The notes beneath the pieces were generated by a model, which saw nothing but the letters and a program-made list of their open reading frames with translations, had not been told where the DNA came from and ran no database searches. Positions 15,354 through 24,582 of a stretch of DNA of 64,000 nucleotides are shown here, piece by piece. Origin of the DNA: a virus (taxonomy: Duplodnaviria; Caudoviricetes); the IMG/VR virus record IMGVR_UViG_3300031784_000006. One strand, 5' to 3'. How positions within the stretch are numbered: position 1 is the stretch's first letter; every line of letters begins with the position of its first letter. The position numbers and the translations under genes were made by a program.

Positions 15354-16490
15354 TTAGATTAAGAACATTCCTGCCTGTGCTTCCAGATAGTTTCTTGGAT
15401 AAAATCTATAGACTTTACTTCCGCCAGAAGTTCCGCTGGCAACTTCTAATTTATACCTTATCTGCATAACAAAATAATCTTTACCGCTTCTTTTCTTGCC
15501 ATTCTCGTCGGCAAGATATATTTCTATTTTAGGGTCTCCAGTTTTTTTAATTTCAACGGAATATCTATTTGAAACTAAAACATTTCTGAACTGCCTATCA
15601 GCAACTCTGGTTTTTACTTTTCCACTACCAGCAAACTTAACAAGTTCAGTTCTAACTCCCCTAGACAAACCATAGATGATATAATCGGCAAATTTTATTT
15701 TTACAGAATTTTGTCCTTCTGCATTCAAACCTTCCTGCAGAACTTTTGCTGCGTATTCATAAACTACTCTGGCACTTTTCTTTAGATTATCTCCACCACC
15801 AGTAGATTGTGCCTGCTCTCTACTTGAATATTTTTTAGTATAAACTTCAACATCAAAAAAGTCACTTAAACTCTTCTCATATGCACCTGAAACTGGAGAT
15901 ACATTTATTCCCATCTGACCGAATATATCTAAAAACTTGTCAAATCCCAATCCAGAAACTTGGTGGAACTGTTCTCCTCCAGTAACTTTTAGAGAGTAAT
16001 CAACATTTCTAAATTTTTTGTCTGGATTGGTTGGAGAGTTTACTTCAACCTTAACATCCGCCTTTGTTCCCTTCTGGTCTTCTGTTCCAGCAGCAGTTAC
16101 TTTAATAATATCTTGCCTTTCATTTATAGATAGTCCTCTCGCTTGTGCGTTAAGTCTTGAATGAGAGTTTGCAAAGTTTACTGCACCAGTTCTCAAGTCA
16201 GAAACTTTAGCCCAATTAGACCTATCCTGTAAGAAAGACAATGCTTTTTTGGGAATTGATACATTTACACTTACAGTATCAATTACCGCACTACCAACAT
16301 CGTTTACATTTTTAGTATATCCTTTTTTCATCATCTCAGTTAAAACACCATCCACATCATTGGATGATATCTTGGGGAGTACTTTTGCACTTTTTGTTTT
16401 TGCTCTTTTAACAAATCTTGCAGCAACAGCTGCAGCAAAAAATGCTTCAAACAAATCCCCTCTATTGGCGTCTATTTTTTCTGCTGCCAT
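15354..16490 (-). CDS. Hypothetical protein, possible PD-(D/E)xK nuclease fold
   Basis: RGDLFE ... TKADVKV ... DYSLK spacing; TAAATA upstream. Confidence 0.7.
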   Translation of the reverse strand: MAAEKIDANRGDLFEAFFAAAVAARFVKRAKTKSAKVLPKISSNDVDGVLTEMMKKGYTKNVNDVGSAVIDTVSVNVSIPKKALSFLQDRSNWAKVSDLRTGAVNFANSHSRLNAQARGLSINERQDIIKVTAAGTEDQKGTKADVKVEVNSPTNPDKKFRNVDYSLKVTGGEQFHQVSGLGFDKFLDIFGQMGINVSPVSGAYEKSLSDFFDVEVYTKKYSSREQAQSTGGGDNLKKSARVVYEYAAKVLQEGLNAEGQNSVKIKFADYIIYGLSRGVRTELVKFAGSGKVKTRVADRQFRNVLVSNRYSVEIKKTGDPKIEIYLADENGKKRSGKDYFVMQIRYKLEVASGTSGGSKVYRFYPRNYLEAQAGMFLI

Positions 16491-16517
16491 TATAATACTT
16501 TTTACAAGTATTTAGAA

Positions 16518-16590
16518 TGGAGATAAGGAGACTCGAACTCCTGACATCAGCCTTGCAAAGACCGCGCTCTACCAACTGAGCTATATCCCC
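16518..16590 (-). tRNA. trnA: tRNA-Ala(TGC)
   Basis: Acceptor GGGGATA/TATCTCC with G3:U70, anticodon arm CGGTC TT TGC AA GGCTG. Confidence 0.96.
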
Positions 16591-16599
16591 GAATATAAA

Positions 16600-16637
16600 G
16601 ATTATAAAACCCACTCAACTAAAAGTCAAGTGGGTTA
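16600..16637 (-). promoter_or_regulatory. sigma70-like promoter TTGACT-17-TATAAT embedded in a 13-bp hairpin
   Basis: AACCCACTTGACT TTT AGTTGAGTGGGTT TTATAAT. Confidence 0.7.
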
Positions 16638-16660
16638 GAGCAACCTTCCGTGGTTATTTA

Positions 16661-17680
16661 TCAGTCGTGCTCACCCATTGCTTTTTGCTTACGCAGTTTC
16701 TTAGGATTCTTAGTTACAGTACCAGAACCAGGTTTGTGTCCACCAGAAGTATACTCAACAGCACTATCTCTTGCATAATCTCTACTATCTTGGTCAAGTT
16801 TACCCCTACCAGATTTACCTAACATCCCAGAGTATCTTGGTTTAGTAGATTTCTTACCACGATTTCCTACATCAGGACCATTATCAATCCTACGAGTGTG
16901 CTTTTCAATTTCTTTTACTTTCTTAGTCTTTTCACCTTTCTGTGAATACTCACTTGCTGGTTTCTCACGTCTTGCGATAGCAAGTTTACCCATTGCTTGT
17001 CTTGCTTTAGGTGTCTGTCCGTATGAACCTTCTGCTTCAAGGATTGCATCGATGTCTTCAGCATCCAATTCATTTGCCATAATCCACTCTGCTTCTTCCA
17101 GAGTTTCTGCGTATCCTTCTACTTGGAGGAACTCAAGGACAATATCAAAGATATCAAAATCTTCTTCGAGTTGATTTCCTTGTGGTTCGTATGACATAGT
17201 TAATCCGCCCTTTAGAGTTGCTTTAAGGGGAGTTCCAGAACCACCATGAGAAAATTCTCTACTTCTAGGTTGTGGTTTTATTGCAGCAGAACCTGCTGAT
17301 GATTTTGCTGCTGGTTTAGCTCCATGGGTCAATTCAGAACCTCTCATGCCAGCAGCATTTTGCGCTGACCTCTGCGATGCCATTGCCGATTTAATTCTAC
17401 CGAGAGTTGGTTCTTCGTCAATCTTCCCAACCTCTTCATGCGTCATACCAACAACTGAAGGTCTTGTTTTTTTAGTAACCTTATCGTAGAACTTAATATC
17501 TCTTTCCATTTTATCAGCATTTGCTTTTCCTGCTGATGGAGAAAGACGCTTATCTCCACGCTTTCTTTCGCGAGACGCTTCTCTTCTTTCTCCAGTATCT
17601 TGTCCCTTTACTGCTTCATCAACAGATACATGAACCTGCTGATAAGCTTCAAATAAACCTCTAAGTTCTCTGGTATCCAT
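16661..17680 (-). CDS. Late hypothetical protein, EAY / EGYA cassette family (copy B)
   Basis: MDTRELRGLFEAY..., VLEFLQVEGYAETLEEAEWIMAN; TATAAATA at 17702-17709. Confidence 0.85.
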   Translation of the reverse strand: MDTRELRGLFEAYQQVHVSVDEAVKGQDTGERREASRERKRGDKRLSPSAGKANADKMERDIKFYDKVTKKTRPSVVGMTHEEVGKIDEEPTLGRIKSAMASQRSAQNAAGMRGSELTHGAKPAAKSSAGSAAIKPQPRSREFSHGGSGTPLKATLKGGLTMSYEPQGNQLEEDFDIFDIVLEFLQVEGYAETLEEAEWIMANELDAEDIDAILEAEGSYGQTPKARQAMGKLAIARREKPASEYSQKGEKTKKVKEIEKHTRRIDNGPDVGNRGKKSTKPRYSGMLGKSGRGKLDQDSRDYARDSAVEYTSGGHKPGSGTVTKNPKKLRKQKAMGEHD

Positions 17681-17708
17681 CTTTACAAATAGTTTTTTAT
17701 TTATTTAT

Positions 17709-17731
17709 AAAAAAAGACCCCGAAGGGTCAA
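17709..17731 (-). terminator. UUCG-loop terminator fused to a late promoter
   Basis: GACCC TTCG GGGTC TTTTTTT then ATAAATA. Confidence 0.85.
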
Positions 17732-17913
17732 ACACCAAGAACAGCGCCAATATTATCATCAAGGTCTCGAATGACTCCACGAATATCAGAAACCCGAGGA
17801 GGAACACTCATTTCATCATAAGTGTATCCTTTTTGTGCGTCAAACAGAACTTGACGAACTGCTGCTGCTGTACGAGCATCCATTTTAACTGTTACTTGTT
17901 TTTCTTTAGTCAC
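17728..17913 (-). CDS. Small hypothetical protein
   Basis: 61-aa ORF coupled to the mazG stop. Confidence 0.7.
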   Translation of the reverse strand: MTKEKQVTVKMDARTAAAVRQVLFDAQKGYTYDEMSVPPRVSDIRGVIRDLDDNIGAVLGV

Positions 17914-18314
17914 AGGTCTCCCTCCACACGATTTTCAGAACGTTCAATAGTAAAAGCACCTTCAGGATAACGAGCATTCAGTTTCTCAAAGTTCATCTGA
18001 ATAATTTCTTCAAGTGAAACATCAAGTCCAAGACACGCTTGAGCAACATACCACATAATGTCTCCAAGTTCACGCTTCAAATGGAAAAGATTTTCTTGAT
18101 TTACTGGTTTACCTTGAAAGATAATCTTCTTTACAATCTCAGTGAACTCACCAGCTTCAGCAGACATTCCTACAGCAGCAGTAAGAATTCGTTCAGTAGG
18201 AAACTCTTCTTGGCGAAGTTCCATTAGACGATCAATAAATGGTGTATGCTCTTTACTTTGTTTTGAGGTTGTTGTATTAACAAACTCAATATACTTATTA
18301 AGATCAATAGTCAT
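17910..18314 (-). CDS. mazG: MazG-like nucleotide pyrophosphohydrolase
   Basis: AAVGMSAEAGEFTEIVKK...RELGDIMWY...NFEKL; start MTIDL at 18314. Confidence 0.92.
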   Translation of the reverse strand: MTIDLNKYIEFVNTTTSKQSKEHTPFIDRLMELRQEEFPTERILTAAVGMSAEAGEFTEIVKKIIFQGKPVNQENLFHLKRELGDIMWYVAQACLGLDVSLEEIIQMNFEKLNARYPEGAFTIERSENRVEGDL

Positions 18315-18315
18315 A

Positions 18316-19692
18316 TCAGAATTTAAATCCTTCGAATGATTTTTTAGGTTTCTTTTCTTCATAATCATACTCTTCATCCTTTCCATTGTCAAGGATATCT
18401 TGTTGAGCAGATTGTTCGCAATCATAAAGACGCATCTTAGCACGGTCAATACCAACAACAAAACGTTTATGAATGGTAGGATCATTATAACGATTCTTAA
18501 GTTGCTTGACTAGAATCTGACCAAGACCTTCCAAATCTTCTGTAGAAATCAATGCAAACATCAAGTCAGCAGTTGCAGGAAGACCGAAAGACTCTGAAGT
18601 ATCAGTTAGTTCAACATCAGAAGAACCATAACCACTACGAGTAGTTTGAGTAGCACTGACGATTGGAACATTAAACTCCACAGCAAGACCACGAAGTTCT
18701 TCTGCAATTGCTTTTACAAAGGTATAAGAGTTAATGTTACTATTCCCTTTATATCGGGAGGAAGCACAGATATTTAAGTAATCTACAAAAATAATATCGG
18801 GTTTAAATGATTTTTTAAGAGAAAGTTCATTTAATAAAGACTTAAAATGCCCAGAATGAGCAGATGCAGTCGGATACTCCTTAATAATTAAGGTCCCTTG
18901 TGTTTTCTTTGAAAGGTTGGTTACCTTGTTTTCAAACATCTGCTTTGACAAATTAGTGATGTCCTGAATAGGAACATTCAGGAGGTTTGCATCAATTCTT
19001 TCAGCAATGCGTTCTTCTGCCATTTCCAACGTAATGTACAGAACGTTCCGCCCTTGGAGCAAGACGGAGCTAGCCACATGGCACATGAATAGAGATTTGC
19101 CGACGCCCGTACCAGCAAGAGCGATGTTAAGAGTTTTGTTAGGGAGACCACCTTTCGTGATTTTGTTAAAGTATTCAAGATCAAATTCAATTTTATCCTC
19201 CTTTTTGTGATAAGACTCATATCTTTGTTCATAATCTTGCAGGTAATCATGACCTACGTGGTTATCAAAACTTACAGCAAGGGCATCAGAAAGAATAGAA
19301 GGGATACTATCGCGATTTTTGTTTTCATCATTACCATCAGCAATATGAATCGATTCCATCAGAGCAATATAAATTGCCCTATCCCTACACCATTTTTCAG
19401 TGGTATTGACTAACCATTGAAATTCAGTAGGTACACTTTCCAAACAAGAAATTAAATGAACAATCTCCTTAAAAGATTGCTCATTAATGTCTGTTCTTTT
19501 CTCCACCTCAATACAAAGAACTTCTTTGGTTGCTGGTTGATTGTATTCTTGAACGAAAGATAGTATTTCATCAAATACTATTCTTTGATTTTGATCTTCA
19601 AAATATTCAGATTTAATAAAGGGTATTACTTTTCTAATATATTCTTCATTATGTAACAGGTTTCTAAGAATTAGAAACTCAACCTTCTCCAT
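18316..19692 (-). CDS. gp41: Replicative helicase
   Basis: Walker A AGTGVGKS, IFVDYLN, SATQTTR. Confidence 0.97.
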   Translation of the reverse strand: MEKVEFLILRNLLHNEEYIRKVIPFIKSEYFEDQNQRIVFDEILSFVQEYNQPATKEVLCIEVEKRTDINEQSFKEIVHLISCLESVPTEFQWLVNTTEKWCRDRAIYIALMESIHIADGNDENKNRDSIPSILSDALAVSFDNHVGHDYLQDYEQRYESYHKKEDKIEFDLEYFNKITKGGLPNKTLNIALAGTGVGKSLFMCHVASSVLLQGRNVLYITLEMAEERIAERIDANLLNVPIQDITNLSKQMFENKVTNLSKKTQGTLIIKEYPTASAHSGHFKSLLNELSLKKSFKPDIIFVDYLNICASSRYKGNSNINSYTFVKAIAEELRGLAVEFNVPIVSATQTTRSGYGSSDVELTDTSESFGLPATADLMFALISTEDLEGLGQILVKQLKNRYNDPTIHKRFVVGIDRAKMRLYDCEQSAQQDILDNGKDEEYDYEEKKPKKSFEGFKF

Positions 19693-20689
19693 AACTAAAT
19701 TCCTTACGTGCGATTTCGTCCAATTGTTGCATTACTTCTTCTGTGAAATATACCTCAGGTTCTTTTAGAATCTGCTTAGCATAAATCTTTTTACCATCAA
19801 TTTCATAACGACCTGCTACATTCTTCCAAAGTCCACCAATCTCACCGAGTTCAAGAAGACCATAGTAACGATCAAGACCACGTTCATCGTAATAAAGACG
19901 AATTTCAACATCTTTATTCTCTTTACTCAAACGCGATTTAGCAGTCTTAGCCTTGATAATATTTCCAACCACTTCCGTTCCATCCTTTTCTTTCTTTTTG
20001 CTGAGATAAATGATCGTACTTGCTGCGTATTTGAGTCCAGAACCTCCTCCCATTTCTTTAGTTGGTACGTAAGCTCCGATGACATCGTATGTGTGATTTG
20101 TGACAAGAAGTGGAACATTTGCTTGACCTAGTTTGAGTGTGAGCATTCGGAATGCACCTTTGACCAGTTGGGATTTGGTCATATCACGAACTTGTTTGTC
20201 GTTGAGTGCGTCAGTGATTTCTTTCTCAGTGGAAAGCATACCAAGAGAGTCTAGCACAAACATGCAGGGTTTGCGCTCTCCTTCAGGTTTTTTTAAGTAT
20301 AAGTCTACTGCCTTTAGTGCTTTACTACGAAACTCTTCGATAGTAACAACATTAACAACAACCAAACGAGAAGTATCAATTCCACGGGATTCTACAAGCG
20401 ATTTAGTAATAGCAGCCTCAGTATCAAAGTAGAGACAATAACCATCGGGGTTAGAATCAAGAAAATTCTTAACCACAGCGAGAGAAAAGAAAGTTTTTCC
20501 AGTAGAAGACTCTCCAGCAATAGCAGTAATCTTGTTCCCAGATACGCCGCCAAATATGCTACCTGAAACCAGTGCATTAAAAATGTACGAACCTGTGTCA
20601 ACATACTTTTCAGTTTCATCAATATCTGAGGCAAGTTGGGTGTACTCACCACCAATTTCTTTTACAATATCTTTAAGGAAGTCCATCAA
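19679..20689 (-). CDS. uvsX: RecA-like recombinase
   Basis: GESSTGKT, YFDTE, LDSLG, MGGGSGLKY. Confidence 0.96.
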   Translation of the reverse strand: MMDFLKDIVKEIGGEYTQLASDIDETEKYVDTGSYIFNALVSGSIFGGVSGNKITAIAGESSTGKTFFSLAVVKNFLDSNPDGYCLYFDTEAAITKSLVESRGIDTSRLVVVNVVTIEEFRSKALKAVDLYLKKPEGERKPCMFVLDSLGMLSTEKEITDALNDKQVRDMTKSQLVKGAFRMLTLKLGQANVPLLVTNHTYDVIGAYVPTKEMGGGSGLKYAASTIIYLSKKKEKDGTEVVGNIIKAKTAKSRLSKENKDVEIRLYYDERGLDRYYGLLELGEIGGLWKNVAGRYEIDGKKIYAKQILKEPEVYFTEEVMQQLDEIARKEFSYGEG

Positions 20690-23187
20690 GAGAAAAATGA
20701 TTCAAGGTTTACTTTTTTTTCCACACTCCACCCAATAGCATCAAGGATAATTTTGAGTGGTTCTAGAAATGCTTTCTCAAATTGTAGGTCATAGTCTATG
20801 TATCTGTCAAGGTTAAGTTCCTTAGGAAACTCTTGGATGAAAGAGATAATATTCTCATGAATACTATTTGGTTTTTTCAAATAGATAAACTTTATCTTTT
20901 CGCCATTCTGAATGAGGGAGTATTTGTTTGTTAGTTTATTCTGTTTAATATAATGATTGAAGAGAAGTGCTCCACGAATATGAATAGGAGTCCCCTTGAT
21001 ATAGATATTCGAAGATGATTGGTACTTAACTACATCAGAAGCTGACCTTGGGAAAGAGATAGTTTCTGGAGCAAGTGTCTTAAATTCAAGGCGACATTTC
21101 TCAATAAAATCGATTACCTCATCTTCAGTCCCACTCATCATTAATTTAAGAGCATCTTTAATCATCTTGCGACAAGGAGCAGGAGTTGAAGATTTAACTG
21201 CTTCAATGCCCATCATCTTCAGTTTAGGTTCTTTATATCGAACCCCTTCACTATCCCAAACATTAAGAATATATCGTTTCTTGGCAGTCCAGATTCCACG
21301 GTCGGCAATATTCTCCCGTTTCATCTGCATCTTTTGGTCATATGCATTCACATATGTCGCCAGTTCTTGATAAGAACTTTCAATATACTTTTCAAGTTCC
21401 ATCGAAGCGACCTTATCAAGGAACGAAACAACGCTTTCAGTAGTTTTCTCTCTTCCTTTGTATACACTTTCAACCAAAGGGCCCATATTAAGATAAATGG
21501 AATCAGTGTCAGAAGCAATGACATAATCAACATCCTGGGTCTTAAGAATCTTATTGAGGTATGTATTCATTTTACCTTCAATCCATCGGATAGAAACTTG
21601 ACCACTCAAAGTGATTGCTTCAGCATTCTCAAGTTTGTAATAACGAAAATACTGATTACCAATAGCACCATAAGCAGAGTTTAGAGAAATTTTCTTAGCC
21701 ATCTGAATGTTATTACATCGAGCAATCTCTTTCACAAGTTCCTTGTTCTTGGTCTTCTCATATTCTTTTTTTGCTTCAATCATCTTCTTTTTGAAGATGA
21801 CACGATCCTGATACATTTTTTCCATCAGTTCTGGAAGAAATCCACGAACATCTTTGCGGAACATTGCGCCATTAGCACATACAGCATAATCACTATACAT
21901 TTCAAAACTAATGTCTTGATTTAGAATCTTATCTACAGTAACAGTTGGGTGCCTCTCTTCCATAAGAGTTTCTGGTGAAATATTATATTGCATAATCAAA
22001 TGTGGATATAGACTATTCAAGTCAAAGTTTACAACCCAGTCATACTTTCCTGGTTTTGGCTCTTTTACATACGCACCAGCATACTTTTCATTCTTCTGAG
22101 ACTTATTTCTTGGAGGAATAACAATGTTACGTTTCTTGAGATAATTGTAGATGATATTATCCCACATCCGAACTTGGTAAAACACATCAGCATAATTTAC
22201 TTTAGCATCATATGCCATCGTAAGTGCAAGTTCAATCAACTTCATCTTGTCTTCCAGACGGTCAACAAGTTCTACGTCAACGATGTTATACTCAATAAAC
22301 TTCTGCCACCCCTTCGTATAAAAGTCCTTAAATGTATCAAACTCAGAGTGGTCCAGTTTTTTCTGACCGAGTTCTACTTCAGCAATGTAATCGAGACGAT
22401 AAGATTCCTGGGCTTTATAAGTAAACTTTTTATAAAGATCGAGATAATCAAGTTGAGTTAATCCACCAACGTCAAATGTAGTGTGCTTACGTCCATTAAT
22501 AAACACTTCACCTTCAGTCACTAGTCCCCAGTTTGAAAATCTCTTCATGAGTTTCTCGCCAAGAACACGATTTAGTCTCTTACAAATATATGGAATATCA
22601 TACATTTGAATATTCCATCCAGTCACAACATCTGGAACGTCAATCATCCAATAGTTGATGAAATGATTAAGAAGTTCATGCTCACTGGGACAGTAGTGAT
22701 ACGTCACATTACTCTGTTTGTTATTGAATGGTTTAACTCCCCAAGTAACAATTTCTTTAGTCGTATAGTCCTGAATTGTAATTGCAAGGATTTCTTCCGA
22801 ACAAGATTCCACATCAGGGAATCCTTGTTCAGATGCAACCTCAATATCCAAAGTTACAAGTTTGATTTTACTAATATCAAACTTGATTTCATCTTCTGGA
22901 TATTTTTCCGAGATGTATTGATAGATATATCTATCATTTCCGTAAATTTCGAATCCATCAATTTCATCATACTTTTTGTAGAACTCACGACAATCCTTTA
23001 CTGTTCCAGGATTGATTGGTTCTACTGCTTCTCCGCTTAGTGTTCTATACTTAGAATCTTTTTTAGTTTTTACAAAGAGAGTTGGGAAAAACTCATCCCT
23101 AGTTTCAAATCTTTTGCCATTATCTACTCCACGAACCAAAAATTGATTCCCAATCAACTGAATATTAGTATAGAACTTTTGTGTCAT
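20686..23187 (-). CDS. gp43: Family B DNA polymerase
   Basis: ExoI DIEV, DLNSLYP, KISLNSAYG, SDTDS; C-terminal PIP-like LESFF. Confidence 0.98.
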   Translation of the reverse strand: MTQKFYTNIQLIGNQFLVRGVDNGKRFETRDEFFPTLFVKTKKDSKYRTLSGEAVEPINPGTVKDCREFYKKYDEIDGFEIYGNDRYIYQYISEKYPEDEIKFDISKIKLVTLDIEVASEQGFPDVESCSEEILAITIQDYTTKEIVTWGVKPFNNKQSNVTYHYCPSEHELLNHFINYWMIDVPDVVTGWNIQMYDIPYICKRLNRVLGEKLMKRFSNWGLVTEGEVFINGRKHTTFDVGGLTQLDYLDLYKKFTYKAQESYRLDYIAEVELGQKKLDHSEFDTFKDFYTKGWQKFIEYNIVDVELVDRLEDKMKLIELALTMAYDAKVNYADVFYQVRMWDNIIYNYLKKRNIVIPPRNKSQKNEKYAGAYVKEPKPGKYDWVVNFDLNSLYPHLIMQYNISPETLMEERHPTVTVDKILNQDISFEMYSDYAVCANGAMFRKDVRGFLPELMEKMYQDRVIFKKKMIEAKKEYEKTKNKELVKEIARCNNIQMAKKISLNSAYGAIGNQYFRYYKLENAEAITLSGQVSIRWIEGKMNTYLNKILKTQDVDYVIASDTDSIYLNMGPLVESVYKGREKTTESVVSFLDKVASMELEKYIESSYQELATYVNAYDQKMQMKRENIADRGIWTAKKRYILNVWDSEGVRYKEPKLKMMGIEAVKSSTPAPCRKMIKDALKLMMSGTEDEVIDFIEKCRLEFKTLAPETISFPRSASDVVKYQSSSNIYIKGTPIHIRGALLFNHYIKQNKLTNKYSLIQNGEKIKFIYLKKPNSIHENIISFIQEFPKELNLDRYIDYDLQFEKAFLEPLKIILDAIGWSVEKKVNLESFFS

Positions 23188-23447
23188 TCTTTAATCAAAT
23201 CCTCGTATTTTTCAAGTAGAGTTGGAGTTGGGTCAGCAAGTGTAATAATTTTATCCGAACTAATCATAAAATTCTTTTCCTTTGTGTACCCACAAAGAAA
23301 AGGTTCCATAGTATAATCACTCCTAATAACAAATGGACTGACTAATTTACAATCAGGTTCTCCAATATCGGCACCAACTTCTTTAATTTCACTTATTAAA
23401 ATTAAGTTGTTCAATAATGCAATAATTTTTACTAGGGGTTTTTCCAT
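23184..23447 (-). CDS. Hypothetical protein (Sm-like small beta fold suspected)
   Basis: 87-aa ORF, ATGA-coupled to gp43. Confidence 0.75.
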   Translation of the reverse strand: MEKPLVKIIALLNNLILISEIKEVGADIGEPDCKLVSPFVIRSDYTMEPFLCGYTKEKNFMISSDKIITLADPTPTLLEKYEDLIKE

Positions 23448-23473
23448 CTTACATCACAAGTTTCCCTTATTCT

Positions 23474-23520
23474 ACCAACAAAAAAAGGAGGAGTCAACCT
23501 GGATTTTGCCAGGTGCTCCT
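23474..23520 (-). terminator. Terminator overlapping sigma70 promoter TTGACT-17-TAGAAT
   Basis: GAGGAG CA CCTGG CAAAAT CCAGG TTGA CTCCTC CTTTTTTT GTTGG TAGAAT. Confidence 0.75.
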
Positions 23521-23544
23521 CGCGCCGACGATATTCAGTTGTAT

Positions 23545-23985
23545 TTATAGATAATCTTTACGAGTATGGTGTTCTGGAACGATCTTGCCAAGTTTTACTG
23601 TAAGTAGTCCATCCTCAAATAAGACTTCTCGTACTTCCGTATCGTCTGATAGTGTCCATGCTCTCTTGAAACTTCTTTGAGCCAGTCCCTTATGGACGTA
23701 ATTGGTATCAGACTCTTTATCTTCTTTTTGTCCTTCGATAAAAAGTTTTCCATACTCTGTGTATACATGTACTTCCTCATTTTTAAATCCAGCGAGTGCA
23801 AGTTCAAGTCGAGATTCTACATTACTAATATGAATCAAATTATATGGTGGGTAATTAGAAGTAGTTTCATGAATGTTAAAAATTCGGTCAAAGTATTCAT
23901 CCATTCCAATACTATTGCGAGCAATCCTATCCATCAGACCAGGAAGATCCGCAGAGGTAAACCTAGAAGTTGCAAGGTTAGTCAT
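23545..23985 (-). CDS. hsp20: Small heat shock protein
   Basis: YPPYNL, ELALAGF, HKGLAQRSF, DGLLTV alpha-crystallin motifs; AGGAG SD before MTNL. Confidence 0.96.
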   Translation of the reverse strand: MTNLATSRFTSADLPGLMDRIARNSIGMDEYFDRIFNIHETTSNYPPYNLIHISNVESRLELALAGFKNEEVHVYTEYGKLFIEGQKEDKESDTNYVHKGLAQRSFKRAWTLSDDTEVREVLFEDGLLTVKLGKIVPEHHTRKDYL

Positions 23986-24060
23986 TATGGTAGCTCCTTT
24001 AAAAGCGAGTTTGTGTTGTGTGGACCCTTTTGGCATCCATTATTAATTATACAAGATACG

Positions 24061-24093
24061 AAAAAAAGAGGAACGGTAATAACCGAACCTCTT
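24061..24093 (-). terminator. Intrinsic terminator after regA, followed by TATAAT
   Basis: AGAGG-TTCGG TTATTA CCG-TTCCTCT TTTTTT. Confidence 0.65.
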
Positions 24094-24144
24094 TTTAGGG
24101 TGTTCCGACTTTTGTAGAGTGCCGCACGAATGGCACACCACTAT

Positions 24145-24582
24145 TTATTCGGTTTCTACTGCTTTTCCTTTCTTACCAATGTTATACTTTTGCTCCAGAA
24201 TCCAATCTCCTTTGTCCTTATATGCAAGAACTTTAATTTGATTTAGTGGTGCAATATCAAGTACAGAGTCTGGATTAACAACAGTAATTAGACCCCAATC
24301 AGTTAAAAGACGAACAATACGATTGCGTCTCTGAACGTCATTTACTGTAAGATTTGCATGTTTACCATCAAGAGCAAACAATTCTTTAAAGTGAACGATG
24401 AAATATCTACCTTGCTTATGTAGAATATGGCAAGATTGATAGAGTTTTTTCTCCTTACGTGAAGCAACTCCGATACGGGTCAGGGTTTCACGAACTTTAA
24501 GGAAGTCGTCAGGTTCATTAAGAATTACTTCTACCATTTGGTCTTGAGACCATTCAACAGTAGGTTCTACCGTAGTAGTCAT
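24145..24582 (-). CDS. regA: Translational repressor RegA
   Basis: DFLKVRETLTRIGVAS...LYQSCHILHKQGRYFIVHFKELFALDG. Confidence 0.97.
   Translation of the reverse strand: MTTTVEPTVEWSQDQMVEVILNEPDDFLKVRETLTRIGVASRKEKKLYQSCHILHKQGRYFIVHFKELFALDGKHANLTVNDVQRRNRIVRLLTDWGLITVVNPDSVLDIAPLNQIKVLAYKDKGDWILEQKYNIGKKGKAVETE

Noticed and set aside
17910-18485. Track ORF start at 18485 for mazG, and similar extended starts (2717, 3167, 24036, 29860, 48204)
   Set aside because: The extensions overlap upstream genes or regulatory hairpins; downstream ATGs fit homologous N-termini and SD positions better.
1118-23542. Identical 13-mer GATATTCAGTTGT at 1118-1130 and 23530-23542
   Set aside because: A 13-nt match is expected by chance in 64 kb of AT-rich DNA, and the flanks do not align.
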